A DNA stretch of 39,144 nt from Peribolospora baueri (Eukaryota), in assembly GCA_029717555.1 (NCBI GenBank), contig JAMDHS010000030.1:186001-225144 (forward strand). The letters are read 5' to 3'. This document shows, piece by piece, positions 23,319-36,163 of the stretch (position 1 is the first letter of the stretch; each line of letters begins with the position of its first letter). The translations under genes and the position numbers were made by a program. The notes beneath the pieces were generated by a model that saw only the letters and a program-made list of their open reading frames with translations, had not been told where the DNA came from and did no database searches.

Positions 23319-24463
23319 GACCGCGGCTCGAAGGTGAAGCGAGCGCTTCAGACGGGTCAAAGGCGTCGAGCGCCGCGTTGTCCTGTTCTTTATGACCGAC
23401 GACGATGGGCCGAGCGGGCATGCGTGTATGCTTGGCTCATGCTCGGCCGGCTAACTTTGAGCCTGGCTCGCTCTGGCGCTGTCCGCCGAACCACGGGCAG
23501 GCAAGCGAGGGCTTTCGCTTTGCCAAGAGCACTGGAATGGATGAATGGTTGATAGAGGGAGACAGAAGGAGTGGCCTGGGCGAGCGTGTTGGGCGTCCCG
23601 GACGTGCTGCTCGGCGTGAGCGGAAGGCGGCGAGCCGGTTCTTCTCATCGTCATCGCTGTCTGGCTGTCGAAGTGACGGCGGTGGATGGTCATCGAGAGT
23701 GGGATGCAGCGGTCGCCATCCACAACGCTACACCATGGTATCGTCTTGTCTCTGTTAGACTGTCCGCGGACAGGAACAGGAACAAAAACAAACGAATCCG
23801 GAGCGGGAGGCGTGCCAAGCGATCCAAGCTCTTGCTCGCACCGCCTCAGGCCCGGGCTCAGGCAGCCACGATGATCGCGCGAGGGATTCGCTCAAGTCGC
23901 TGTAGTCGGTCGTCAAGATGGAAGACGTCCGGAACCGGAAGCAGGGTAAACTCCGAGAGTGGGGTAACTAACATAACCAGGAACGGACGGGAAAGAATGA
24001 AAACGGCCGCGGAGGGGAGAGGAGAGAGGTACGCTTGGCTGGCGACCCGAGGCACTCGAACTCGAGGTCCTGTATGAACATGGGCTGCATGTACATGTCG
24101 CAACTAGTCAGGACGTAGTCGCAGCATTTCATATCATAGGCGGGCTGTACATCACCGACGTGCCCGCTCGCACCGCGACACCAATCCCATTCAGGGCGGG
24201 AGGCATAGCACATGAGCCAGCTTATGGGCGTCGGCAAGGCTTGCTGCCTCCGATCTCGCTCCAGCGTTACAAATCGTCTTTGTCTTGCTCCATTGCAATG
24301 GGCGGCATGGCTGATCGAGAGAAATCATCGTCGACAGGGACAAACAGTAGGGGTAGACGGACGGCCGGATACCTGTCAGCTGCACGACACTCTATGTGAC
24401 GCCATGGTGAAATACGCAATGAACTCTCACCCATTTCTCACCTTCTCGACGTCCACGCATGAT

Positions 24464-24865
24464 CTAGTACACCAACCAACCCTCCTCCCTCTGCACAACC
24501 GCATCCCAGCCCTCCCCCTCTGCCTTATCCCAAACAGCCACGCTTTCCACCTCATCTCGACCGAGCTTCCCGCCGTTATACAGGTGGGGAAACATGCCTT
24601 CCCCGCCCCTCTCTCCACACACTTGCCCCTCCGGGTCTTCCCACTTGATCTCTTTCTCCACCCGTCCGTACGCGATCTTGAGCACGTACACGCGTGCTTC
24701 GCTGCCGAAGAAATGCTTCAGCGTCCCGGGGACCTGGACGGCGGTGGAGAGGTGGATAAAGCCGGAAGCGGCGTCGAGGGAGCTCAGGGCGAGGCTAGAA
24801 GGAAGCGGTGATGGAGGTGGAGAGGAAGAGTCTATAAGCTTGTAGACATAAGTCGGCGTCGGCAT
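24464..24865 (-). CDS. DUF952 family protein, single exon, 133 aa
   Basis: YVYKL..SSLDAASGFIHLSTAVQVPGTLKHFF..LKI..IKWE..FPHLYN, the characteristic DUF952 motifs; ATG at 24865. Confidence 0.9.
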   Translation of the reverse strand: MPTPTYVYKLIDSSSPPPSPLPSSLALSSLDAASGFIHLSTAVQVPGTLKHFFGSEARVYVLKIAYGRVEKEIKWEDPEGQVCGERGGEGMFPHLYNGGKLGRDEVESVAVWDKAEGEGWDAVVQREEGWLVY

Positions 24866-25467
24866 GGTGAGGTCCTTGCGTAACACAGTTGTCGGGTGCC
24901 GCTAGCCTCACCGACGTCGTTCGCCTTCTCGCCCAATGGCGCGTGGGCGATCGAGCTGACTAAGCCGCAAGCCCAATATTTGAGCGAGGAAGCTGCCATC
25001 GTCGTTATCTATTGTGTTCTGTCTCGTTTTCCTTTTCTACTCTTTCTTTTCTTTGCTTGCTTGGCTTATATTATATTAGCGAGGCTGGCTCAACGCTCGT
25101 TCCGGAGACAGCAAGGAGGAGGATCAGGACCGCGTGCCTCGACCTGAGAGACTCTCCCGCAGAACCATCCGTGGAGCGAAAGCGACGAGCAGCCAGTGAA
25201 AACCGCCGATTCGCTCCCAGATCGCTTGCACTCGTTCACGAAATCCTTTAGAGCTGCTTGCCGGTGTCACTGATGTCAGACTCCTTGACTTTTGCAGAAT
25301 CGCTCTACTGTGCACTTCCAAACGAGATTTCACATCTACTTGAGTAGGTGGCCACCTAAGGCGCCCAAGCGTGCCAGTCTCACGGAAATGAAGGCGTCAA
25401 GTAGCGCAAAAAATGCTAGTCAAGGGCGCAGTCGGGCGACGGGGGCGCGCTCACGTCCTGCCTTCCG

Positions 25468-27859
25468 TCACCGACCACCCGACCATCCGTTCTGAGGCGC
25501 CAGTCGCAGCCCGTTGAGACCCACGCCAACGGGCAACGCGTCCGAATGGTTGCCTTGGCCTGCCTGCCCGGACTGTTGTCCCGCGGATGAACCTCCCCCA
25601 CCGCTATCGATCCCGCTCATTCCCATCCCTCCGATGCCCAGACCCAAGCCGCCGCCAACCATGCCGGAAGGGCTCATCCCCGCGCCGCCACCACCACTCT
25701 GCGCGGGACTCCGACCGGGTAAGGACAGCCCGCCGCCTTGGCCATGTTGACCTCCAACGTGATGGGCTGGGCTGGGCTGGAACTGAGGAGGTGGGAGGCT
25801 GGCCGGCGCTGAACTCGTGATAAATGGGCTCGCAAACGTGCTCCCTCCACCACCGCCAGATGCCGAAGCAGATCCTGAACCTGCGGCCGTCCCGTTACCA
25901 GAAGCACCCCCTTTCTTAGCGCCTTTCGTCTTGCTCCCAGCCGTCGCACCACCTCCACCCGAGGTTGCTGACAAGGGCGTTTCGGGAGATCCTGCTCGTC
26001 CCCCTGTCGCTGCGGAGACAGAGTCCCCGTCCGCTTTCTTGGTTTTTGATGTCGACGCCTTCTTTGCTGGAGGCTTTTTCGCAGCTTTCTTGCCTGCCAC
26101 GGTTCCTTGTGCCGACGCGTCCTCCGGCCTTGCCATAGCCGCTGACGACCCTCCTCCTCCACCTTCTTCCAGTTTGCCTTCGCTCCCAGCCAAGCTTGCA
26201 TTGTCTGCCGCAGCTGCATCCTTCTTCTTCTTGGACTGCTTCTTGGGCTTCGTCGCGGCCGTTTCCGGCGCGCTACCAGCTGCCGGCGGGGCGTCCTTAT
26301 CCTTCCCTTTGCCCTTTTTCTTGCCCTTGCCTTGCTCCTCTGCGCTTGGCGCGACAGCAACGACAGGCTCCTCATCGTCCTTGCCCTTCTTCGCGCTCTT
26401 TTTCTTCGCCTCCGCCTTTCCTTTCTTTGCCGCTGGCTCGCCATCGCCGGGTTTAACAGCCGCACCGTTGGCGGAGGGCGTAGGAGTGGGCTTGGCTTGA
26501 GTATCTCGGCTGGCGTCGGTCCCTCCTTCCTTCTGCATGTCGCCGTCCGCATCGGCGCGTGCTTTTCGCTCTCGCCATTGCTGGATGAACGAGATGCGCG
26601 ACCACCTAAGTTGGGAAGAATCGAATCAAGGCCATGCCCATACGAATTGAGCCAACCGCGCAGCGCTGCATATTACTACCAGACGCAAACAATCGCAGAA
26701 AAAGTAAGAGATACGCACGTCGGCTGGAACGACCGGTCTCCCTTTCCGTCCATCATCCTCATGATCATATCCCGCCTCTGTTTCTCCCGAGCCTCTTCCT
26801 CCACTTCGACCGAGTTGAAAGCCCGCGATTTCCGTTTACCTAGAGCCGACGATGAAGCAGACGGCTGGGTGGTCGTGCACAGCATCAGGTTCGCAATGCG
26901 GGATGCTTGGAAGTCTGGCGTCAGACAGAGAGGTGGGGCGGTCACGTTCTGAAGGAAGGGCCGGAACAAACGTGCGATGGTCGTCACGAAAGAGACGCCG
27001 TGAGCTTCGAGCCTCTCTGAGTCCTTCTGCTCATCTTTAGACTGACCAATATCCTAGCTTCGATCTCCATGGCATCTTTATCTGTCCACCTCGCATCCTC
27101 CTTCTCATTAACCATCCGTAGATCAGCCCATAGACTCTCCTCGCTGGGGTGAAGGACGATGCGGTACAGCTCAGGTCGCTGCTGTTGCTGTTGTTGCAAC
27201 TGCTGGGGTTGTGCCTGGGTGGATGAGGAGGCAGCGTTGCTGGCGGAAGAGAATAGCGAGCTGTGTAGGGCCTGGGGATTGGCACCGGCTGGGTTCGATA
27301 ATGGCCGATGGTCGTGTACTTCGACGATTATACATCCTGGACAGGAGCCACAGACGTAGGCTTTTCAATTCGCATTTCAACGGGCGCGAAAGATATATGG
27401 GAAACAGGAAAGATGCTGTCTTGCTCACCGTCATAGAACTTCACGCCAGCCTGGTCGAACACGTCCAGGAGAGCTGGAGGAACTCGCTGATCGCGGATAA
27501 ACTCAAGGAGGCCCTGAGAAGGAGGGGAACAATATTAAGACTTCCTCTCCATATAAAGCTAAAAGCTCTTCCAGTATTCGGTTCTTCCTGTGTACTCACC
27601 TTCATCGGGCTATCGAACAGGAACACACCATCCTTCCAACGTAAATGGAACGAGGTGAAGACCGGCGCATTAGCATCATTGAAAAGAACAAGGAGCAATG
27701 CAGAATTTCACAGAAGCAGAAATCATCCCCGCTCACCTGCTTCTCAAAGCGGAAATGGGATGGGTAGAGATGCAGTATGATGCTGGGCGGCTCCTTGCGA
27801 TGGCGCTTCAAGATCTGGCGCGTGGTGCGCGACTGATTGTAGATCGAAGCGGTGGCCAT
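25468..27859 (-). CDS. SPT20: SAGA complex subunit Spt20 (SEP domain plus Lys/Gly-rich disordered tail); exons 27859-27737, 27632-27600, 27513-27429, 27336-27047, 26948-26719, 26605-25468
   Basis: Spliced ILKRHRKEPPSIILHLYPSHFRFEKQDGVFLFDSPMK..FIRDQRVPPALLDVFDQAGVKFYDGCIIVEVHDHR..RIVLHPSEESLWADL..EIEARILNVTAPPLCLTP matches the Spt20 SEP signature. Confidence 0.9.
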
Positions 27860-28204
27860 GGAGCCAACGGATGCCGGGTAGACAGCACTGCTGGAGTGCT
27901 CAGGATGGAGTGGAGTAGCTGAGGGAGTGGATGCAATCAAGAATCACACCCAAGCGAAATTGGGAGAACAATGGGTAGCTGATCCTGGCCGTCCGAGCAG
28001 GGAGTGGTGGTGGGTGCTCTGTGTGTGGGGAGTCATTCACGTGACCTTGTAATCGCTGGACTGCCGTTGAATTTCTAAGGTCGTGCGGCAGCATGTTTTC
28101 CAAGTTCTTCCTCGAACGACGGTGAACCAAAACGAACACGTAGTGGGGACCGTTCAATTCGGTCGGAATAGCGACGGCCAGGAGGGGCCCACCGACAACG
28201 AACC
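27860..28204. promoter_or_regulatory. Short divergent intergenic region (SPT20 / RPC17), probable bidirectional promoter
   Basis: Head-to-head ATGs at 27859 (-) and 28205 (+) with 345 bp between them. Confidence 0.5.
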
Positions 28205-29236
28205 ATGGAGGTACTCAACCCGCGCGGGGCCCTCCTCTCCAATTACGAGGTCCTGCGCCTCCTTCGCGACATGGAGAAGGGCCAGGTTAAGGCGAGCCTG
28301 GAACGAAGAAGGAAGTCTTCCATAGCCTCGGGAAAGCGCACGGAGGGCCTTTCTGCCGCCGTTGTCAGTGGTGGCGGGGCTGGGGGCGATGCGGACGACG
28401 GTAAGACGGCCTTGGATGATGACAGCTGGATCAAGGAGGTCCCGGAGAATTTGCGGACGGTGCAGTTCGAGGTGAGTCGAAGGAGCTGGAGCTGGAGTGC
28501 GTCTCAGCCTCTCGAAGATGAGGACTATGCATGCACAGGAACCTCATTCGCTTCTCATGCACCCATTTCCGTTCACATCGGTTGAACCGTTCTGCTTGCT
28601 TCCTCCAGACAATCGCGTACCTCTCATCCACGTACCTCCCAACGACTCGACAATCCGAGGAAGGCGTGCTCTCGCTTATGCAAGGGCTCCGCTCTATCCA
28701 ACTCACAAAGGTAGAGAAGCTCCAACTCGTTAACTTGGCCCCCCAGTCGGCAGTCGAGCTGCATACGGTGAGTTACCTGCAAGGTGCAGCGACGGCGCGG
28801 GTCGGGCTTTTTACTGTGTGTCTGTGGTCGCATAGATGAAGGAAGCCCCTTTTTCCCGACAGAGCACCGTCGCTGACACTTGGTCCCACTCTTCTACTTG
28901 TCGTCGTTTTCCGTCATTTCACCATGCTACACCTTCATCCGTCAGATCGTTGAAGACCTCGAAGACCGCTTCGACGAGTCCATGATGGACTCGATGATAC
29001 ATATGGTGTCCTCTTCTCTTTCCCATACTGCCATCGACCCTTCCCACTCGCAGGCCCTTACGGCGGCCAATGTCACCGGGGCAATAGGTGCAGGGGGTGA
29101 TGGGGAGGAAGACGTGGCGGTAGATCAGGAGGCCCTGATGGATGCGGAGGCGCACGTTGACGACGAGCTCATCCACGCCGAGGACAAGGTGGTCGAGGGC
29201 GACGATGGCACTGCGGAAGCCATGGACGAAGACTGA
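28205..29236 (+). CDS. RPC17: RNA polymerase III subunit C17/RPC9 (Rpb4/HRDC-like family); exons 28205-28471, 28609-28767, 28946-29236
   Basis: MEVLNPRGALLSNYEVL..ENLRTVQFETIAYL..LTKVEKLQLVNLAPQSAVELHTIVEDLEDRF, followed by an acidic tail. Confidence 0.9.
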
Positions 29237-29809
29237 CGCATTGGATCCGTCCCAGCTAGGGCCGTGCCTTGCTCTCTCGTTCCGACGATTTAGACTGTAC
29301 TTGTATTGCACATGATATGAGCATCTTCTTCCTCTCTGAATCTCCTTCGCCAACTCTGTCATGGTCGCACGTCGGACACGAAGGAACGCGGCTGCATCTT
29401 CAACAACTCCAGGCGGAAATTCATGCTCAGTAACTCGGCTCAAAAGAGCCAGATAAAAAAATGGGAAACGCTCTCGAGCGCGTCGTCTTTTCACGCACAG
29501 TCTGTCGCACCATGACGACGGGAGTCCGTACCTTTCTATGGTGTAGAGAACGTACCGATGAGGACACGAGACGAAGAGAAAGACGCCCTGCTTCCGTCTT
29601 CAGGATGAGTCGCTACTGCGCGCCGTGTCAGCTTTACATGTCACGTGCAGGCAGCGCTGCGAATGTGCTCGTTCCCCTAGAGCCGCCGACACACACCTTC
29701 TCACTTGCAGCCACCCGTTTTTCCCTCGAGATACGGTAGTCAGTCTGGCTGTTTACCCCTACACACGCTCGCTTCGATTAAGGTTGCACGACTCCAGATT
29801 TGAGGTGCC

Positions 29810-31406
29810 ATGACGACCACGACGATTGTCACGCCCACGGATACGGCAAACGATCATGTCGCCCCGTCTTATCGGAGGTTCCGCAAGGGGATGAGGATGG
29901 AGGTAGGTCGTTCGGTCACCGTCTTTCGGCCTCGGCTTCGGGACTCACGAGCGTTTTTTCAAGTCGATTTGCAATGGCTCACTTTGCCTTCGTGTTTTTC
30001 CTTACGTCTCATCACCCCTTCCGACAGGACGCTTACCCTTCCCACCCTCCACTACCTCCCTCCATCAACAACATCGACTCACCCTTTCAGCTACAGGAGT
30101 ACATCACTCTCCTCATCCGCCAGGATCCTCATGATGTGCAAAGGATGGTTGCGCTTCCCGGTGCTGTGCCAGCTGGAAAGGGGAAAGAGGCGGAGGGGAA
30201 GGAAGGAGGGGCGGAGGTGCCGGAGGATGGGCATGTCGACACGGATGTGTGGATCTATGAGCAACTTAGGTGAGCGCTTCTTGGCGCCGCGCCGTCAACG
30301 TCTTCTCCACCCTGAGCGGCATTTTTCTTTGCTCATCCACTGCCACTTCTACCCGCTGTTGTACCGCCTTGCCAGACGCTTAACCCTCGACCTCTCCACG
30401 CCGTGGCTAACGTCTCTGCAACAAGAATGCGACAAGAACCAGAAGCCAGATACGTGCGACGCTATGAATGCGGGAGACTGGATGTACTTGTGTGCAAGTC
30501 ACGGAGAAGAGGTACGTGGTCCGAGTCAACTTGACATTATCATCGCTTGGTCGCTCAAAAACCCGACTGACGCGTCTACTTCCCCCTTTCTCAACCACAT
30601 GTCTGCGCCTTAAACGCCCCGCCTCAGAAACAATGCTGTGCGATTGACTACGTGATCCACACCATCGACTTTACAACCGCGCTGCTCAACTCGCCCCGCC
30701 ACTTTCCGAGCCGTCTCGCAATCCCTGGCACGTCCCTTCGACACTTTGGCTCGACCGCCCGCCGGCTGAGCCGCATCTTTGCACACACTTATCATCACCA
30801 CCGCGAGGTTTTCGAGGCTTGCGAGGTGCGTTCGGACGGCCTGTCGTGGCGGTCGATCCACCTCAGCTGGTCGGAACCGCTGATGCCCATTTGATATTTA
30901 ACAACTCACTGCAGGCCGAAACGTCTCTGTATGCGCGGTTCCTTGCACTGGCCCGTACATACGACCTGATCGCAACCGACGGCCTACCCGATCCGTTGTC
31001 GTCCGTTTCTGCCTCGGAAGCGGCGGCGACGGTGGGACTCACCTCGCCTTCTTCGCCGTCCAAGTCTCCGTCGCGCGACGTCACGCTGGGGAAGACGGGG
31101 AGCGAGCCGATGCAACGGGAGCAGCAAGCGGGGTCGCTTACGGTGGCTGATGAGGCCGGGGCGGAGGGTGGAGTTGAAGAAGAGGGACAGGGGGGAGAAG
31201 AGGAAGATCAGCTGAACCGGCGACGGAGCATCAAACCTCGGGAACAGAAGGGCAAGGGGCAGGAGGAGGGTGCGGGAAAGGAGAAGGCGAAGGAAGAGCC
31301 GAATGGCGAAGAGAGTCAGGCCGAGGAGGGTAAGGAGAAGGACAAAGCGGAGGGCGCGAGTGGACGAGAGGCGGAGGACGTGGTGATCGACGACGGGGAC
31401 ACGTGA
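29810..31406 (+). CDS. MOB4: MOB family protein, phocein/Mob4 type (STRIPAK subunit; called Mob3 in filamentous fungi); exons 29810-29902, 30028-30269, 30376-30511, 30628-30825, 30915-31406
   Basis: DSPFQLQEYI, VWIYEQLRRL, TCDAMNAGDWMYLCASH, CCAIDYVIHT, LNSPRHFPSR, RRLSRIFAHTYHHHREVF, ETSLYARF are phocein-type motifs with the Cys/His zinc ligands present. Confidence 0.92.
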
Positions 31407-32163
31407 AGGATGAGCATTTGTGACCATGTTGACAGCTCTCTGACCTTGAGGAGGGCAGGCCCTTCTTCTCGAGCATTACGCATGTACTACTCTCTTGGCG
31501 AGTTGTTCTGGTGATTACGGTGCCTGTTCTACTCGTCCGCCTTTTCGTGCGTTTCCTTGCGCTGCCGTCCGACGTCCGTTGCGTTTTGGGCGTCCCCAGG
31601 TGCGAGTCGGTGGAAGATGGGGCCCCTTGTAACCCATTCTCTTTCCCCGGCTCCGCCCGATCTCTCCCCATCGGGGGCTTTACCCCGCACTGGACATCAT
31701 GAGTCGAAGCCGAGCTACCTTGTTGTCGAATCCAGCGATCCCGTGTGGATTCTTGATCAACATTGCATGTACACCACTGCCGAAAATACTTCTCAGCGGG
31801 CGGCGGTGGGACGATGTCTCACTCCGCCCAGCGGGTGTATGCGCGTCGTCGCTGTTGCCGGTCGCAGATCGTAGCCCGCAGCTCGGGGCTTCGTTTCCCC
31901 GCATGCGGAAGAGTCCTCGGACGAGAGGATGGACGCCGAGGGGACGACAGCGGAAAGGGATCACGAGCAACTCCAACGCCCTCGTCAGCCCAAATACCTT
32001 CCAGCCACATCCATCTCCGCCTTGCCCTCTCCCCACTTCTCCCTTCGTCCTCGCCATCCTCCTCACCGCGAGACCCGGTTAATTTCTCAGGAGGACAGAC
32101 GGACAGACGGACTGACAAACGGACGGTCGGTTGTCGGACGGACGAACGAGGACAGACGACGCC

Positions 32164-35100
32164 ATGCCCGCCTTCACCTTTACCACCTCGTCTAAGCTCT
32201 CTCGCTCCAAAGGGATCGGCACCGCTGAGCGCGATGGCACGGCCAAGCCTGGAGGCGCGAGCAAGAACGGCCGGTCGTTGTCCGCTTTCACCGTCGACGA
32301 CGGCGACGACTCGCAGACGCCCGCCGCCGCCTACGCCGCCGAACATCGACGATCCGCCCGCCAGCAGGAGGAGGAGATAAGGGCCGAGAAGAAGAAGAAG
32401 AAGAAGAAGGAGCAGGCGGAGGAAGAGAAGCGGAAGGAGGAGTCGAGGAGGACGCAGGAGGCGGAGCAGGCGGAACAGGCAAAGTCGTTGTTCGCTCTCG
32501 GCTTTCGACTCCCGAACGATCATCCCGGGACGACGTCCAAGCTGGACACGCCGGCGCCGCCTCCCGCTCAAGGTCAGTCGCCGGCGTCGACATCCTCAGC
32601 TTTTCTTTCGCCCCAGCCGACGGCAATAGAGGAGCCGTCCCCTTCCCAACCCACGACGCAGAAGACCAGCTCTTACGCCAAGAGTTCAACGACGGTTCCG
32701 GAGAAAGCACGAGCGCCGGACGAGGAGACGCCGACGCCGAAGGTGAGGCTGACGCCTGTTCAGCGCCATTACCTCATCAAGAGCCTTGTCTGCCTGCGTT
32801 ACTCCACCGAATGGGCGGGCCTGGGCGTCCTAGGAGGCATCACCGCGTACGCGCCTCCCTTCTCCCCCACGCCCACCAAGTTACCTCCCGACGCGCCCGC
32901 CTTCGACCCCAAAGCGGTCACGCCCGCGCCCCTGCTCAGTCAACAGTTCAGAGAGCATCTCATGACATTTCCCGGCTTGGACACGGCCCCGACAAAGTAC
33001 TGGCAGAAACGAATTCAGCCGTTCTTCGACGCCGTCGCTCTCTCCGACCTGAGCACGACGACGGAGCGGAACGAGCCGACGAAAAGGCAGCAGCTAGCAC
33101 TGCTTCTTACTCGCATTCTCGGTTCTTACTTTGCTCGCGGCGTCGGCATCGCCGTCGATGGCAAGGGTCCTCCAAAGGGCCAGCGTTTTGCCGCTCCCAT
33201 CAGGGCTGGAAAGGACGTGGCGGAGCTGGTGGACGACGTGTTCCCCGGAGAGGGCAAGGTGTCTCCGGACGGCTGGTGGGTGGCCGTGACGGAGGATGTG
33301 GGATTGAGCCGTGGAGAGGAACAAGTGATCGTCATGGCGAGACAGACCGAGAAGAAGGCCGTCATCTTCTCTCGAAAGGCTGCAGAGCGGTTTGACGAAT
33401 TGGACGCAAAGGTGAGCGAACGCGACCCTTCCGACCACGTCCATCGAGCGCGCGCGACTCTGACCGAATTTCGCCCCCGGATCGCGTGCACTGTGACCTT
33501 CAGTTGCGCTCACTCGTCGAGAACACCGATCGCCTCCCTTGCGTTCCGACGTCCACCACATCCAAGTGCCATCGTCCCTTCCCTCTGCGTCTGCAAACCT
33601 ACTTGCGCGTTCTCCTCTCCTCTCCTCCGGACGTCCTCCCCTCCACCGCGCGCAATGAGCTCATCGCCTTCCTGTCAGACGGTACGGCGGACCTTTTGCC
33701 CGAACAGCGTACGAGGGTTAACGAGCTGGTAAAAGAGCGCGAAGAGACGCTGGCTGAGGAGCACCGAGTCTGGGTCAAGGCTGGCGAACGTACCGATCGT
33801 AAGTTGGAGCGCGCGCTCCTTCACCTACTTTAAAGCCCCTGATTGCGGCAAGCGGGGAATTACAAGCTCATTTTCTTTCTTTCTTTTTTTTTTTTTTCTT
33901 TCTTTTTTTTTTCTTTTTTTTTTTTCGTTTTTGATTCGCCCGACCGACCGGTACAGACATCCTCAATTCGTGGAGGCAGTTTGTGGGAGAGATAGTCGAA
34001 GATCGTAAGTAGGCGTCGCGACTCCTTTTCGAGACGGAAAAGGCGGGCTCGGTCTCATTTGGACGAACGTTGCAATTATGCCCTTCCTAGCCAAGGCTTT
34101 GGACAAGGCATGGGACACGCTTCAAGTCGGTGAGAAGATACGCACCCGAGTCAGACGACGCTGGCCAGGCAGGGCTCGCTAACCCTCCATCATCACAGGT
34201 CACATCAAGAACCTCCCGCTGCTCTACCGCCATGCCGTCATGAAGGCCTCAATCTGGGTTGCGTACATGCTGCACGCCGCCTTCGTCACTGCTCCCAACG
34301 CTGGCGAGTTGCTGGGGATAGTTCGGGTCCTGCACGTGCTCACCCCGTGGTGGGGCATCCGTCAGGTGCGTCTCCTCACCGTCTCCCTCCCCTTTCGTCG
34401 CTTTTTTGTTCCGATCACTGATCTTGTCATCCTTCGCCCTCCTTCGGGACCCTTCATCGCGTCGGCTCGGATTTCGCTAGCTTCTCCGCATCGCGGACCC
34501 GTCCAAGATGATCGCGGCCCTATTAGCCGTCGTGCTCGCCCGCCCGCTCGGTGCAAACTCGCTCCTTCAGCAAATTTTCAGCTCTGTGTGGGGGGGAGAG
34601 CGACGTAAGATGGGCAAGCAGGCGGAGAAAGTCAAGGAGAAGGTATTGAACGAGGCGGGCAAGGAGCAGGGATCGACGTGGTGTAAGGCCGTCGAGGAGT
34701 TCGTGCAGAGCAAGCCTGAGCAGAGGGCGAGGGAGGTCAAATCAGCAGGTCAGTCAGTGTGGAGAGTCGGCGAAGGCGTTGCTTCCTAGCAGCTGTTCTC
34801 TCACACCTTTCTGTCGCTCGATTTGTCTCCCCGGTGACGCAGCCGATAAGGGCAAACATCTCGTGGCAGTCATCGTCAATGCCCCACTGCCTCCCAAGTG
34901 TCTCGCCCTGCTCACTCGGTATCTGAGTCTGCTCTCGTCCGTTCGCGACGCCGGCGCGGTGGTCGACTTTGCGAGCTCGGCGGCGCTCGTGAAGGTAATC
35001 AAGGACAGCCTCAACGTGGTGTTCTACGGGCCGCTGAGCAAGTGGAGCAAGGCATGTGACCTGAGCGAGCGACTGAAGGACTTGGAGGCGTTCTTGGGCG

Positions 35101-36163
35101 ACTTAATCAAGACGGCGAGGGGAAGCGACAAGTGTGAGAGTCCTTCGAATTGAAGCTGGGTCGTCCTTGGACACGCGCGTTCTCACTTCCGCTTCCTGTC
35201 TACCTGTTATTCGTCTCGTCTCTGCTGGTTCCGTCCTGCCACCCCTTCAGCGCTGGCTTCCTTCATCAAGCTTTGCGATCGACACAATCAGAGCCTGTAC
35301 TATCTATTCCACGAAGCTCACGTCCGCGGCGGCGACCTTTTGGACGTAAGTCGGTGCCTCATGCGATGCGAGGGCACATGCGGGAGTCGACTGACCGTCG
35401 TCGACATTCATCGTATTCGCAGCCTCTCCGCGAGTGGTGCCGGAAAGGCTTGCGCTACCTCCGCACTTCTTCGCTCGACCTCGAGGCCTCGAACCAGCAG
35501 TCGGCGCCTCATATGCGCGTCGACATGGACGCGCTCGTCTCGGACTCGTTGGTATCGTCGGAGACGCAGGCGGCCATCCTCAAAGAGGTGGATGACGTGG
35601 CACGGTGGACCAAGTGGAACAAAGTGTGGTGGGCCGTCGATATACGCAAGAACCTACTGGCTGCCGCCGAGGACGGGCCGGACCAAGCGTTGAGCGTGCA
35701 GCTGAGCGAGGAGGTGGACGTGGATGAGGTGGTGACGATGGCGATGCTTCGAACGGGAGAACAGGTGGCCGTCGACGCCGTCGACGGAAGCGGACGGTCC
35801 GTGCTCATGGGGGAAAACGACAGCGAGGAGGGCGAGGACGAGGCGGCGTCGTTCGTCAGCGGACCGTCGCTGCTCACGACGAACAGCAACGGGAGCGCAT
35901 ACTCGAACGTCGCGTCCCCTCGGCCGCGTCTCTCTCCTCGTGACCACTTTGCGTGGGCGTGGTTCGCTCCACCAGAAGTGTACAGCGTGCTGGACGACAC
36001 CTCGAAAGGGTACAAGGCGCGGGCGGGCGCGGGGCTGCCGAGGCTCGACGCGACGCGCAAGCTAGTTCCGCTCTTCCTGAGGAAGGTGGGCGGCTCGCTG
36101 AGGAGGGCGAACGAGACGCAGAAGGCGAGAGTGTCCGTGGCTATGGCTGCTGGTGGCCGTTGA
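32164..36163 (+). CDS. PX-associated (PXB) / DUF3818-type protein, resembling yeast YPR097W; exons 32164-33411, 33504-33798, 33957-34004, 34091-34129, 34199-34365, 34481-34748, 34843-35133, 35251-35345, 35423-36163
   Basis: LTPVQRHYLIKSLV, FPGLDTAPTKYWQKRIQPFFD, RLRLQTYLR, PLGANSLLQQIFS, LIKTAR, LCDRHNQSLYYLFHEAH motifs. All nine exons join in phase with GT-AG introns. Confidence 0.75.
33870..33932 (+). repeat. Long T-rich polypyrimidine tract in intron 2 of the PX-associated gene
   Basis: About 60 nt of almost pure T/C with runs of up to ~14 T. Confidence 0.9.

Noticed and set aside
22183..23421. 412-aa minus-strand ORF as an intact gene
   Set aside because: Only parts are protein-like. 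It reads through an 81-nt intron and is a mosaic produced by the pseudogene's frameshifts.
25674..26552. 292-aa Arg-rich alternative-frame ORF and the 227-aa antisense ORF in the SPT20 last exon
   Set aside because: Off-frame and antisense shadows of a low-complexity GC-rich exon.
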